Shown here: in pieces, positions 48,014-58,273 of the stretch
Position numbering within the stretch: position 1 is the first letter of the stretch
Layout: each line of letters begins with the position of its first letter
Origin: Nitrospirota bacterium
Lineage (GTDB): Bacteria; Nitrospirota; UBA9217
Assembly: GCA_963790205.1 (NCBI GenBank)
Contig: CAWBNQ010000001.1
Span: 1,120,001-1,184,000 of the forward strand
Reading direction: 5' to 3'
Length of the DNA stretch: 64,000 nucleotides
Position numbers and translations under genes: made by a program
The notes under the pieces: model-generated
Databases searched by the model: none
What the model saw: only the letters and a program-made list of their open reading frames with translations
Told to the model about the DNA's origin: nothing

Positions 48014-48412
48014 ATGAAAACTAATTCTTTTAAAACCATTTTCTTGATTAGCCTTCTTGGCGCATTTGTAACAGCAGCCGCATACGTACTTGCGATATAC
48101 CTTCGGATGCCGTCTTCAGACGGTGCTTATCAAATTGGATTTCATAAATTACTCGGCGATCCGTTTGTCATGACGATAGCTCTAACTTTTGCTATTCTCA
48201 TTGGCCTCGTCGTTTCTCCAATCCTATATTTCTTTTTACGTCAGAAGAATCTGAAAATAGCGTATCCTGTCATTCAACTTCTCGTGGTTATCGCGATATT
48301 TATTATTCCTGATAACGGCAAAGACGTGATCATAGGCGCATGCATAGCTATGATAAGCTCGGCATTTATATTATGGCTTAGTCCAATTGCAAAATTGAAT
48401 CCTCCGAGCTGA
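48014..48412 (+). CDS. AT-rich 4-TM hypothetical protein (possible cassette gene)
   Basis: Low-GC ORF followed by an attC-like structure. Confidence 0.65.
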   Translation: MKTNSFKTIFLISLLGAFVTAAAYVLAIYLRMPSSDGAYQIGFHKLLGDPFVMTIALTFAILIGLVVSPILYFFLRQKNLKIAYPVIQLLVVIAIFIIPDNGKDVIIGACIAMISSAFILWLSPIAKLNPPS

Positions 48413-48420
48413 TATCAACA

Positions 48421-48476
48421 CGATAACAACTCCGTCGAGCGGGTCGCTGAAAAACGCGCCTCACGTCGGCGTTCTA
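48421..48476 (+). mobile_element. Degenerate attC-like site
   Basis: gataac...CGT(C)GAG...CTCACG...gttct. L boxes pair with one extra C; R boxes imperfect. Confidence 0.45.
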
Positions 48477-48524
48477 TTTGTAAGTTATAAACCCCTTGTT
48501 GATATGAGAACGTAAGGAAATAAT

Positions 48525-49910
48525 ATGTCCGGAGAAACCATACTCATAGTTGACGACGAGGAAAGCGTGCGCAAGAGCCTTGCCGGTGTCATGCGGGACG
48601 AGGGGTACGAGGTCGTGACCGCGGCTTCGGGCAAAGAGGGGATCGAGCTGCTCTCTGAGGCGCAGCCGTCGATCGCCCTGCTCGATATCGCCATGCCCGA
48701 CATGGACGGGATCGCGACGCTGCAGAAGATCCGGGAGCTCAAGCCGGACCTGCCGGTGATCATGGTCACGGGGCACGGGACCATCGAGACCGCGGTCAAG
48801 ACCACGAAGATGGGCGCGTACGATTTCATTGTGAAGCCGCCGGCGCTGGAGCACCTCGCGCTGGTGGTGAAGCACGGGCTCGAGGAATCGCGGCTGCGCG
48901 AGGAGAATGAGTCGCTCAGGAAAAGCATCGAGCGGCACAGCGAGCTCGTGGGCGAGAGCGGGAAGATCAAGGAGCTCAAGCGCCAGATCTCCCTCGCGGG
49001 ACCCACGAACGGATGGGTACTGATCCACGGCGAGAGCGGCACGGGCAAGGAGCTCGTGGCGCGAGCCATCCACCGCGCAAGCAAACGGGAGGGCGGCCCC
49101 TTCGTGGAGGTGAACTGCGCCGCCATCCCCCAGGAACTTATCGAAAGCGAGCTGTTCGGACACGAGAGGGGATCTTTCACCGGCGCGACCGGCATGAAGC
49201 GGGGCAAGTTCGAGCTCGCCCACAACGGGACCATATTCCTCGATGAGATCGCGGACATGAGCATGGCCACGCAAGCCAAAGTGCTTCGCGTGCTCGAAGG
49301 GCAGGAATTCCAGCGTGTGGGCGGGGTTAAGACGCTCAAGGCCGATGTGCGGGTGATCGCCGCATCGAACAAGAACCTTGCCGATGAGATCAGGAGAGGC
49401 ACGTTCCGCGAAGACCTCTATTACCGCCTCAACGTGATCCCCCTGGAGGTCCCCCCGCTCCGCGAACGGAAAGACGACATCCCCCGGCTGGTGCACTATT
49501 TTCTGCAGGAGTTCTCGACCGAGTACGGACAGAAGTCGAAGACCATCGACGATGATGCCCTCGCCTTCTTTGTCCGGTATCGGTGGCCGGGCAACGTGCG
49601 TGAGCTGAGAAACATCATCGAACGGCTGATCATCATGGTCCCCGGCCCCGTGCTCAGGGCCCAGGACGTGCCGCCTCCCCTCAGCTCGCTCCCGCAGGAA
49701 GGCCGTGCCCCGGTCCTTTCGAACGGAGGCCGGGCCGGTCACGACCATGCCACGCTCAAGGACGCCCGCGCGGAGTTCGAGCGGGAGTTCATCGCACAGA
49801 AGCTCAAGGAATACGGCGGCAACGTGAGCAGGACCGCCGACGCCATCGGCGTGGAGCGCAGCAACCTGCACCGAAAGATCAAGGCGCTGGGGATAGAGCT
49901 GGAAGACTGA
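48525..49910 (+). CDS. Sigma54-dependent response regulator (NtrC/NtrX family)
   Basis: REC domain, GESGTGKE, GSFTGA, FLDEI, WPGNVREL, Fis-type HTH. Confidence 0.95.
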   Translation: MSGETILIVDDEESVRKSLAGVMRDEGYEVVTAASGKEGIELLSEAQPSIALLDIAMPDMDGIATLQKIRELKPDLPVIMVTGHGTIETAVKTTKMGAYDFIVKPPALEHLALVVKHGLEESRLREENESLRKSIERHSELVGESGKIKELKRQISLAGPTNGWVLIHGESGTGKELVARAIHRASKREGGPFVEVNCAAIPQELIESELFGHERGSFTGATGMKRGKFELAHNGTIFLDEIADMSMATQAKVLRVLEGQEFQRVGGVKTLKADVRVIAASNKNLADEIRRGTFREDLYYRLNVIPLEVPPLRERKDDIPRLVHYFLQEFSTEYGQKSKTIDDDALAFFVRYRWPGNVRELRNIIERLIIMVPGPVLRAQDVPPPLSSLPQEGRAPVLSNGGRAGHDHATLKDARAEFEREFIAQKLKEYGGNVSRTADAIGVERSNLHRKIKALGIELED

Positions 49911-49928
49911 GGGAAAGCAGGTGAAGCA

Positions 49929-49985
49929 GGCTGAGGTTAAGGGTAAGCCTGATAAGTTTTCAACCTAAACCTTAGCCTCAGCCTG
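49929..49985. repeat. Hexamer simple repeat (AGGTTN) with inverted partner
   Basis: ggctgaggttaagggtaag...caacctaaaccttagcctcagcc. Confidence 0.7.
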
Positions 49986-50010
49986 CATTCATCCCTGACA
50001 CAATACACCC

Positions 50011-50850
50011 GTGATCGAGACCACCAACCTCACCAAATACTTCGGATCCCTCGGCGCCGTCCAGTCCGTCAGCTTCACCGTCGGCAAGGGAGAGGTCTTC
50101 GGGCTTCTCGGCCCGAACGGCGCGGGCAAGACAACGACGATCCGCATGCTGACCACGCTGCTGTCGCCGACGTCCGGCAGTGCGCGTGTTGCGGGACACG
50201 ACGTGCTTTCGGACCAGCTCGGGGTCAAACGCTCGATCGGCGTGGTGCCGCAGATGCTGAACCTTGACATCGACCTCACCTGCGCCGAAAATCTCGAATA
50301 CCACGGCAGGCTCCACAAGATGACGCCGCCGGACAGGAAAGCGAGGATCGAGGAACTTCTCCGGTTCGCCGGCCTGTGGGAAAAAAAAGACACGCCCGTG
50401 GAGCATCTCTCGGGCGGCATGCGCCGCAGGCTTCTGATCGCCCGGGGCTTGATGCATCGTCCTGCTGTTGTTTTCATGGACGAACCCACCGTCGGCCTGG
50501 ATCCGCAGGCGCGGCGGCTTATCTGGGGCCTGATCGGGGAACTCAAACGGAGCGGGATCACCATCCTGCTCACGACGCATTACATTGAAGAGGCCGACGC
50601 GCTTTGCGACCGCGTGGCGATCATGCGGCAGGGCCAGATCATAGCTCTCGATACGCCGGCAGCGCTCAAGGCAGGCGTGGGAAAATTTTCGCTTGAATGC
50701 ATCGGTAACCGCGATGTCCCGCGGAAGTTCTTCCAGACGCGGGAAGAAGCGATCGACGCGGGCCGCGCTACCGGCTGCGACCTGCTGGTCCGCGAGTCGA
50801 CGCTCGAGGATGCGTTCATCAGTCTGACCGGAGAAAGAATAGAAACATAA
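50011..50850 (+). CDS. ABC transporter ATP-binding protein (NodI/DrrA-like)
   Basis: GPNGAGKT, LSGGM, DEPT, TTHY. Confidence 0.95.
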   Translation: MIETTNLTKYFGSLGAVQSVSFTVGKGEVFGLLGPNGAGKTTTIRMLTTLLSPTSGSARVAGHDVLSDQLGVKRSIGVVPQMLNLDIDLTCAENLEYHGRLHKMTPPDRKARIEELLRFAGLWEKKDTPVEHLSGGMRRRLLIARGLMHRPAVVFMDEPTVGLDPQARRLIWGLIGELKRSGITILLTTHYIEEADALCDRVAIMRQGQIIALDTPAALKAGVGKFSLECIGNRDVPRKFFQTREEAIDAGRATGCDLLVRESTLEDAFISLTGERIET

Positions 50851-50854
50851 GTTA

Positions 50855-50930
50855 TAGGTTGAGGATGAGGTTAAGGTTTAGCGAAGACCTTAGAAATCCT
50901 CCCTCCTCAGCCTGAAACCTTAGCCTAAGG
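50855..50930. repeat. Hexamer simple repeat with inverted partner
   Basis: taggttgaggatgaggttaaggttt...cctcagcctgaaaccttagcct. Confidence 0.7.
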
Positions 50931-50936
50931 TCCTTT

Positions 50937-51665
50937 ATGAATTTTTATCCGATCATTTGGAAAGAGATGCTGCTTATCCGCAAGAAGCCCTGGCGGTTCC
51001 TCGCGTCGAGCCTGGTCATGCCGGTCCTCTATCTCGTGACCTTCGGCTGGGGGCTGGGCCGCGGGATGAACGTGAGCGGCGGAAGGTATCTGGAATTCGT
51101 CCTGCCCGGCATCCTCGCGCTCTCGGCCATGAACAACAGCTTCGGCCCTGTTTCGACGTCGCTCAATATCAGCAAGCTCTATACCAAGACGCTGGAGGAG
51201 GTGCTTGTCTCGCCCGTGAGCCCCTGGGACATCACGCTGGGCAGGACCCTCACGGGGCTTGCGCGGGGAATGTTCTCGGCGCTCATGCTGATGCTGGTCG
51301 GGCTCGCGTCGGGAGTGCATTTGCATTATTCTCCGGGCTTCTTTATCGTACTCGCGCTCACCGCGGCCTGCTTCGGAGCCGCAGGCGTGGCCGCGGCCAT
51401 GCTCGCCCGTACGCACGAGGACATGGCGAATTTCAACAGCTTCTTCATCATTCCCATGTCGTTTCTGGCGGGGACGTTCTTTTCGCCTGACCGCCTCCCG
51501 GAGCCGTTCATGAGCCTCGTCCTGGCCTATCCGCTCACGCACGCGAGCCTGCTCTTGCGGGCGCTTGCTTCCGGCGGCAATCCGTCCACGGGCTCTATGC
51601 TCGTGCTCGCGGCGTATACGGTCGTATTTTTTTACCTCGCGGGAAGACTGGTGAGGAGGTCTTAG
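50937..51665 (+). CDS. ABC-2 type permease
   Basis: YLEFVLPGILAL, PMSFLAGTFF, PLTHA. Confidence 0.93.
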   Translation: MNFYPIIWKEMLLIRKKPWRFLASSLVMPVLYLVTFGWGLGRGMNVSGGRYLEFVLPGILALSAMNNSFGPVSTSLNISKLYTKTLEEVLVSPVSPWDITLGRTLTGLARGMFSALMLMLVGLASGVHLHYSPGFFIVLALTAACFGAAGVAAAMLARTHEDMANFNSFFIIPMSFLAGTFFSPDRLPEPFMSLVLAYPLTHASLLLRALASGGNPSTGSMLVLAAYTVVFFYLAGRLVRRS

Positions 51666-51740
51666 GTTCAGGCTTAGGTTCAGGCTTAGGTTAAGGTTGA
51701 GGTTCAGGCTTCTCTCAACCTTTCCCTTGACCTCAAACTT
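51663..51740. repeat. Hexamer tandem repeat (AGGYTN x8) with inverted partner
   Basis: taggttcaggcttaggttcaggcttaggttaaggttgaggttcaggct...ctcaacctt...ttgacctc. Confidence 0.8.
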
Positions 51741-51749
51741 TTTAAACTC

Positions 51750-52304
51750 ATGGCATCTGCATTCACTCATATATTTTTCGGAGAAGCCCTCGGCAAGATC
51801 TACACCGAAGAGAGGATGCCTGCGAAGTTCTGGGTCCTGGCAGGGGCATGCTCCGTCGTTCCCGATCTCGATATCATCGCTTTCTATCTGCGGGTCCCCT
51901 ACAGCCATGTGTTCGGACATCGGGGATTTACACACTCCCTCCTGTTTGCGGCGATCGCGGGAATGCTGACGGCCCTCCTTGCATTCCGCGATGTGCCCCG
52001 CTGGTCCGGGAAGTGGTGGAGGCTCACGCTCTTCTTTTTCCTTGTCACCGCGTCCCACGGCATTCTCGACGCCATGACGAACGGCGGGTACGGCATCGGG
52101 TTCTTCATCCCCTTTGACACCACGCGCTACTTTCTGCCTTGGCGGCCGCTCGTGGTCTCGCCCATCGGCGTCCACGGCTTCTTCAGCCGGTGGGGCTGGG
52201 ACGTGATGAAGAGCGAGTTCATCTGGGTCTGGCTGCCGATGACCGCGCTTTCTGCCTGGGTGATCGTTTTCCGGAAAAAGAAGAAAAACAATCTCTCTTC
52301 CTGA
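51750..52304 (+). CDS. YdjM/YbcI-like membrane metal-dependent hydrolase
   Basis: TH, PDLD, HRGFTHS, SHGILD. Confidence 0.92.
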   Translation: MASAFTHIFFGEALGKIYTEERMPAKFWVLAGACSVVPDLDIIAFYLRVPYSHVFGHRGFTHSLLFAAIAGMLTALLAFRDVPRWSGKWWRLTLFFFLVTASHGILDAMTNGGYGIGFFIPFDTTRYFLPWRPLVVSPIGVHGFFSRWGWDVMKSEFIWVWLPMTALSAWVIVFRKKKKNNLSS

Positions 52305-52452
52305 CCGCCTTCTCTCTGCACCCGCATTTGTCGTGATCACCCTGCATGAAAGCCCTCTTTTCCTGTTTTCGATTGACTTTTCGCGGCCAGGGGGCTAATA
52401 TTTCAGTCTGTATTCCCGTCAAACCATCAGGAAACTCAAGGGTTCCGGACCA

Positions 52453-54648
52453 ATGCCCAAAGTACAATTCATCTTTGCGATCCATAATCACCAGCCGGTC
52501 GGGAATTTCGATTTTGTCGCGGAAGAAGCGTACCAGAAATCCTACCTTCCGTTCGTCAAGCTTCTGGAGAAGCATTCGAAGATCAAGATCACGCTGCACT
52601 ACACGGGTATTCTCTACCATTTTTTCGAGCGGCACCATCCTGATTTCATCGATATGCTCAAGAGGCTGGTGGCCGAAGGCAGGGCGGAGATCCTGTCCGG
52701 CGGGTTCTATGAGCCGATCCTCGCGGTGCTGCCCGATGACGACAAGGTCGGCCAGATCAGGATGCTTACGGACTACGTCCGCCGGACGCTGGGCTACGAT
52801 GCCGGGGGCATGTGGCTCGCGGAGCGGGTCTGGGAGCCGCACCTGCCGAAGTCCATTGTCGCGGCGGGCATCAACCACGTGGTGGTCGATGACTTTCACT
52901 TCAAGATGGCCGGGCTCCGCGACGACGAGCTCGACGGTTACTACCTCACCGAGGAGCAGGACGGTGTCCTCCGCATCTTTCCCGGGAGCGAGCGGCTCCG
53001 GTATCTGATCCCCTTCCGCCGGCCTGAGGAAACGGTCGAGCTTCTCGCCTCCCTGCGGTCGACGGAGCGGAACAGGCTCGCGGTCATGGCCGATGACGGA
53101 GAAAAGTTCGGTGTCTGGCCCGAGACGTATCGCACCGTGTATGAAGAAGGGTGGCTCGACCGGTTCTTTACGCTGATCGAACAGAACCACGAGTGGCTCG
53201 AGACCACGACCTTTTCCGAATATCTGAAAAAAGAGCCGCCCCGCGGCAGGGTCTACCTTCCCACGGCGTCCTATATGGAGATGGGCGAATGGTCTCTTCC
53301 GACGCGGGCCATGAAGGAATACGACGAGGCCCTGGCAAAGGTGAAGAATTCGCCTGAGTTCGACGGTCTGCGGCCGTTCATCAAGGGCGGGTTCTGGAGA
53401 AACTTTCTCGCGAAGTATTCCGAGAGCAACCACATGCACAAGCGGATGGTGATGGTAAGCCGCAAGGTCCGCGAGGCCCTGGACGCTCCTGAAGGCCCGG
53501 GCGCCGGAAAGACCGTGCCGACGTCGCGTATGGTCGACCACCTCTATCAATCACAGTGCAACGACTCCTACTGGCATGGGGTCTTCGGGGGGCTCTATCT
53601 TCCGCACCTTCGCTCTGCGGTGTACGAGCACCTGATCCAGGCGGAGTACCTGGCGGATACGATACTGAACCGACGAGGGACGAGGGACGAAGGACGAGGA
53701 AAAAAAAAGAATAATAATTCGGCATCCTGGCTGGAAATTGAAACGGGCGATTTTGACTGTGACGGAAGCGAAGAAGTGATGCTCAACTCCGAGCTCCTGA
53801 ACATATTCATCGATCCGGCGGAGGGCGGCAGGATCTCCGAACTCGACTGGAAGCCCCGTTCGTTCAACCTTACGAACACGCTTACGCGCAGACGCGAAGT
53901 CTATCACGAAAAAATTCTTCAGATGGTCAAGGACCAGTCGGCCGTTTTCACGGAAGGCGGGGCGAAGACGATTCACGAACGGGTGGCGGTGAAGGAGGAT
54001 GGTCTGCAGTATCACCTCCTCTACGACTGGTACACGCGCGGATCGCTGCTCGACCATTTCCTGGGATCGGGCGTGGACCTGGCGAGCTTTATGCGGTCCG
54101 AATACTATGAGGCGGGAGATTTCGTCCTCGGCGCTTACGGCGTGAAGAAAAACAGGGCGAACGGGCGGGCGGGCGTTATCCTTGAGCGCAGTGGAAACGT
54201 GGCCGGGCTCGGCGTGAAGCTGCAGAAGGAGCTGTCCCTGCGCAGCGCTCTGCCCGGTTTTACGGTCAAGTATGCGATCACGAACCTGAGCGCTGAAGAG
54301 CTGAACACCTCCTTCGGACCCGAGTTCAATTTTTCGCTCCTTGCGGGCGATGCTCATGACCGGTACTACGACATCCCCGGCCATGTTCTGGACAGGAGAA
54401 ACCTTGCGTCGATCGGTGAGACGAACAACGTGAACCAGGTGGGCCTCGTCGACGAGTGGCTCAAACTCAGGCTCTCTCTCGTCTTCAGCCAGCCCGCGGT
54501 GCTCTGGCGCGCGCCGGTCGAAACGGTCTCCCAGTCCGAAGCGGGCTTCGAGCGGGTGTATCAGAGCTCGATGGTGATGCCGATCTGGCGCATTTCGCTC
54601 GGGCCGGGAGCGTCCTGGCAAGCCGAGATCACGGTGAAGGTCGAATAG
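52453..54648 (+). CDS. GH57 4-alpha-glucanotransferase / alpha-amylase
   Basis: HNHQP, GGFYEPIL, WLAERVWEP, DDGEKFG, QCNDSYWHG. Confidence 0.93.
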   Translation: MPKVQFIFAIHNHQPVGNFDFVAEEAYQKSYLPFVKLLEKHSKIKITLHYTGILYHFFERHHPDFIDMLKRLVAEGRAEILSGGFYEPILAVLPDDDKVGQIRMLTDYVRRTLGYDAGGMWLAERVWEPHLPKSIVAAGINHVVVDDFHFKMAGLRDDELDGYYLTEEQDGVLRIFPGSERLRYLIPFRRPEETVELLASLRSTERNRLAVMADDGEKFGVWPETYRTVYEEGWLDRFFTLIEQNHEWLETTTFSEYLKKEPPRGRVYLPTASYMEMGEWSLPTRAMKEYDEALAKVKNSPEFDGLRPFIKGGFWRNFLAKYSESNHMHKRMVMVSRKVREALDAPEGPGAGKTVPTSRMVDHLYQSQCNDSYWHGVFGGLYLPHLRSAVYEHLIQAEYLADTILNRRGTRDEGRGKKKNNNSASWLEIETGDFDCDGSEEVMLNSELLNIFIDPAEGGRISELDWKPRSFNLTNTLTRRREVYHEKILQMVKDQSAVFTEGGAKTIHERVAVKEDGLQYHLLYDWYTRGSLLDHFLGSGVDLASFMRSEYYEAGDFVLGAYGVKKNRANGRAGVILERSGNVAGLGVKLQKELSLRSALPGFTVKYAITNLSAEELNTSFGPEFNFSLLAGDAHDRYYDIPGHVLDRRNLASIGETNNVNQVGLVDEWLKLRLSLVFSQPAVLWRAPVETVSQSEAGFERVYQSSMVMPIWRISLGPGASWQAEITVKVE

Positions 54649-54698
54649 ATATTGAAAATTGTTGGATGCTTGCAGAGAGAAAAGGGGTCAACGAATAC

Positions 54699-56471
54699 AT
54701 GAAAAAAACAATCGCGATGTTCCTGCTGGTATTGTCATTCGGCGCTTCCGCCGTTTCCGCTGAAAAGCCGCTGGGTATCGACGAGTTCAATTCCGTCGAC
54801 GAACTCGCGGGCGCCATTGCAGCGTACTTTCCCAAGGTACAGGGGGTGGTAACGGCCATACAGAATGACAAGCTCACGCTTACCCTCAGCAATAAGGATG
54901 GACTGACACCCGGGATGGAACTCACGCTCTGGAGGGACGGCAAGGAAATCCTCCACCCCGTTACCGGCGCGGTGATCGGCCACATGGAGGACGAGGTGGG
55001 CTCGGTCGAAGTGGTCTCCGTCAACGACACGTCATCCACGGCCGTTGTGAGGAAAAAACTGCGGGAACCGAAGCCGGGCGACAAGGCGAGGATCACGCCG
55101 AAGAAGATCAACCTGGCGATCGTTCCGCTGACAGCGGCGCGCCCGGAGGTCGTGCAGGGACTGTCCGATCGGCTGACCGACTACGGCCGTTTCACGGTGC
55201 TCGACAAGGAAAAGGTCGCCGGGTTCCTCAAAGACAGGAAACAGCGCGACACCTCGCTGATCAGGGAGATGGGCCGGCAATTTAACCTCGACGCCGTCGC
55301 GACGCTCGGCATTTATCCTACCGAGGGCAAGGTTCTGGTGGTGGCCAGGATTTTTTACGCCGCGGACGCCAGCCCGCTCGATACGATCATTGCCACGATC
55401 GAGCTGAAATCCAAAAAAGACACGCTCGGCGAGATCAAGCCGTTCTTCATGCCGGCGAAGGAAGAAAAGAGCATCACGCCGGAGCTTCCCTTCGACGCCC
55501 GGTATTTTACGGCGGCTGATTTCGAGGGGGACGGCAGGCTCGAGTACGCCTTTTCCGACGGGTCGAAACTGCATGTGTACCGCCACGAGCCCGCCGGATG
55601 GCGCGAGGTTTGGACAGAGACCGTTCCGTCCGCATCAGAAGGCATACAACACATCAATATCGACTCAGCGGACATCAACGGTAACGGCAAACCGGAGATT
55701 TTTGTGACCGCCATGCTGAACGGGAGCGTGTTTTCCTATGTTGTCGAGTTTCAGGACGGCTCATTTCGCCGCATTGCCGACGTCCCGGGGTTCCTCAGGG
55801 TCGTCAGCTATCCCGGCAAAAATCCGATGCTTCTGGGCCAGGCCTACGATCCGAAAACGTTCTATACCGGCCAGCCCCGGCTCTATTCATGGCAGGACGG
55901 GAAATACGTCCCCGGTGCCGAATTCCCCCTTCCCAAGGGAGTGGTACTGTACGGGTTTACCTTTGCCTCGCTCGGGGAAGAGCGGCCGCTCCTCGTTGCA
56001 TTCGATGATGATGACTACCTTCTCGTCTATTCAAAAGACGCTGTCATCTGGAAAAGCGGGGAAAAGTACGCGGCTGCGGTCACCTCTGTTTACAAGCCCC
56101 CGACCGGCATAGGCGCCGTCCTGTCCAAGGATGCGATCCAGGGAGACAAGTCCCTGCGGGTGCGGATACCGGGCAGGGTCGTTGCTGCCGACATCAACGG
56201 CGACGGCAGGGACGAGATCATCGTCCCGAAGAACATCGGGGACACGTTCCTGGGCATCGGCGCAATCAAAGAGGCAGAGGTGGTAAGCCTGAACTGGACC
56301 GGGGCGCGGCTCGAGCAGCGTTGGAACATCAAAGACATTCCCGGCGCCGTGCTCGACTTTCAACTCCTGCGGACGGACAAGGGCGGGACACAGATTCTCA
56401 CCCTCGTGCGGACCAAGGGCAGTCTCTTCACCAAGGACCGGCAGCAGGTGATGAGCTATTCAATGCGGTAA
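54699..56471 (+). CDS. Secreted FG-GAP/VCBS-repeat protein
   Basis: Signal peptide. ADFEGDGRLE, ADINGNGKPEI, ADINGDGRDEI. Confidence 0.8.
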   Translation: MKKTIAMFLLVLSFGASAVSAEKPLGIDEFNSVDELAGAIAAYFPKVQGVVTAIQNDKLTLTLSNKDGLTPGMELTLWRDGKEILHPVTGAVIGHMEDEVGSVEVVSVNDTSSTAVVRKKLREPKPGDKARITPKKINLAIVPLTAARPEVVQGLSDRLTDYGRFTVLDKEKVAGFLKDRKQRDTSLIREMGRQFNLDAVATLGIYPTEGKVLVVARIFYAADASPLDTIIATIELKSKKDTLGEIKPFFMPAKEEKSITPELPFDARYFTAADFEGDGRLEYAFSDGSKLHVYRHEPAGWREVWTETVPSASEGIQHINIDSADINGNGKPEIFVTAMLNGSVFSYVVEFQDGSFRRIADVPGFLRVVSYPGKNPMLLGQAYDPKTFYTGQPRLYSWQDGKYVPGAEFPLPKGVVLYGFTFASLGEERPLLVAFDDDDYLLVYSKDAVIWKSGEKYAAAVTSVYKPPTGIGAVLSKDAIQGDKSLRVRIPGRVVAADINGDGRDEIIVPKNIGDTFLGIGAIKEAEVVSLNWTGARLEQRWNIKDIPGAVLDFQLLRTDKGGTQILTLVRTKGSLFTKDRQQVMSYSMR

Positions 56472-56619
56472 GAGCGGCGCTGCTTCATGCCGTGAACAAA
56501 AAACCGCCCAGACCGTCGGGGGCGGCGTAAACCGTTCTGCAGAGGGCGCTTTGACTCCGGCGTTTCTTGTCCCTGCCCGGCCTCCTGTGCGTTGTTACGA
56601 AGTGGAGAAACGAAAGAGC

Positions 56620-57390
56620 ATGAAGAGTAAAAATACGACTGTTGAAGAACTCCGCGCGAGCGTTGAGAGGAACAATATCCCGAAACACGTCGCCATCATC
56701 ATGGACGGCAACGGAAGGTGGGCGCTCCGGAGGGGATTGCCTCGGATCGCCGGACACAAGAGGGGCGCAGACACCGCACGGCGCGTGACGGAGCACTGCA
56801 GAAAGCTCGGTGTCCCGGTGTTGACCCTTTACGCTTTCTCCGACGAAAACTGGGGCAGGCCGAAGGAAGAAGTGGGCTTCCTCATGGACATGCTGGGGTC
56901 CTTCCTGAAGGCCGAGATCGCGGCGATGAAAGCGAATGGCATCAGGTTCCGCACGATCGGCAGGATCGAGCGTTTCCCCTCGTCGGTGCGAAGGTGGATC
57001 GAAAAAGCGGTGTCCGAGACCGCGGACAATGGGGGGCTGGTCCTGAACCTCGCGCTTTCCTACGGGGGCAGGGGAGAAATCCTGGAAGCGATCAAACGCA
57101 TGAACCTGGCGAAGGGAGCCGCGGACAAGCTTACCGAAGAGGTCTTTTCGTCGTATCTCGATACTGCGGACCTGCCGGACCCCGACCTGATCATCCGTAC
57201 GAGCGGCGAAAAACGCATCAGCAACTTCCTCCTCTGGCAGGCCGCGTATGCCGAGCTCTATTTCACCGATACCCTCTGGCCGGACTTTGAAGAAAAGGAC
57301 CTCCTCGCCGCCATCCTCGATTACCAGGGGCGTCATCGCCGTTTCGGCCTGACGCAGGAGCAGCTCGCCCATACGAACGGACGGCGATAG
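56620..57390 (+). CDS. uppS: Undecaprenyl diphosphate synthase
   Basis: HVAIIMDGNGRW, FSDENWGRP, RTSGEKRISNFLLWQ. Confidence 0.97.
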   Translation: MKSKNTTVEELRASVERNNIPKHVAIIMDGNGRWALRRGLPRIAGHKRGADTARRVTEHCRKLGVPVLTLYAFSDENWGRPKEEVGFLMDMLGSFLKAEIAAMKANGIRFRTIGRIERFPSSVRRWIEKAVSETADNGGLVLNLALSYGGRGEILEAIKRMNLAKGAADKLTEEVFSSYLDTADLPDPDLIIRTSGEKRISNFLLWQAAYAELYFTDTLWPDFEEKDLLAAILDYQGRHRRFGLTQEQLAHTNGRR

Positions 57391-57421
57391 CCAGGGAACC
57401 AGGCCATTATTGCCATTACTT

Positions 57422-58231
57422 ATGAAGAACAACCTTTACATACGGATCATTACAGGACTCCTGTTCCTCCCCATTTTTTATTTCGTCGCGTGGAAGCTCC
57501 CGATGGCCTATTTCACGGCGCTGGTGATGGCAGCCGCAGCCGTCGGACAGTACGAGTTCTACCGCATGGCGTACATGCGGGGTTTTCATCCGAACAAGGC
57601 GCTCGGCATGGTGCTTGGCGCGCTGGTTGTCATGGAGTTCTATCACCGGCTGGCGTCTGGCCCGGGCCCGGTCCTTTCGATCACCGCATCCACGATCCTG
57701 GTCCTGATCGCACGGCTGTTATCTTCCCGCCCCGTCGATGGCGCGATCGAGGACATCTCATCGACGTTGTCGGGGATATTCTACGTGGCCTTGCTGTTTG
57801 CCTTCCAGGTATCGATCCGCGCCGGGATGCACGGCAGGCAGTGGCTCGTATTCCTCTACTTTGTAATTTGGGCATCGGACATCGGCGCTTACTCCATCGG
57901 CATCCCTTTCGGCAAGCACCGGCTGTACGAGAAAATAAGCCCGAAGAAGAGCATTGAAGGGCTTATCGGCGCCCTGGCCGCGGCCGCGGGCATGGCGCTT
58001 CTCTGCAGGAGCTGGTTCATGCCTCCGGTCAGTACGGGGGAGGCGATTGCGCTGGGGCTTGTATTGGCCTCTGTCGGCACGCTCGGCGACCTTGCGGAGT
58101 CGCTCTTCAAACGCGCGGCCGGAGTCAAGGATTCGGGCGGCATTATCCCCGGCCACGGCGGGATCCTCGACCGCATGGACAGCATGCTGTTTGCCGCGCC
58201 GGTTTTGTACTTCTATCTCGGGATAAGATAA
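57422..58231 (+). CDS. cdsA: Phosphatidate cytidylyltransferase
   Basis: SPKKSIEG, GDLAESLFKR, KDSG..IPGHGGILDRMD. Confidence 0.97.
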   Translation: MKNNLYIRIITGLLFLPIFYFVAWKLPMAYFTALVMAAAAVGQYEFYRMAYMRGFHPNKALGMVLGALVVMEFYHRLASGPGPVLSITASTILVLIARLLSSRPVDGAIEDISSTLSGIFYVALLFAFQVSIRAGMHGRQWLVFLYFVIWASDIGAYSIGIPFGKHRLYEKISPKKSIEGLIGALAAAAGMALLCRSWFMPPVSTGEAIALGLVLASVGTLGDLAESLFKRAAGVKDSGGIIPGHGGILDRMDSMLFAAPVLYFYLGIR

Positions 58232-58273
58232 CCCGATGCGGAATTCTGGATTCGGAGTGCGGAGTTATCAGGA

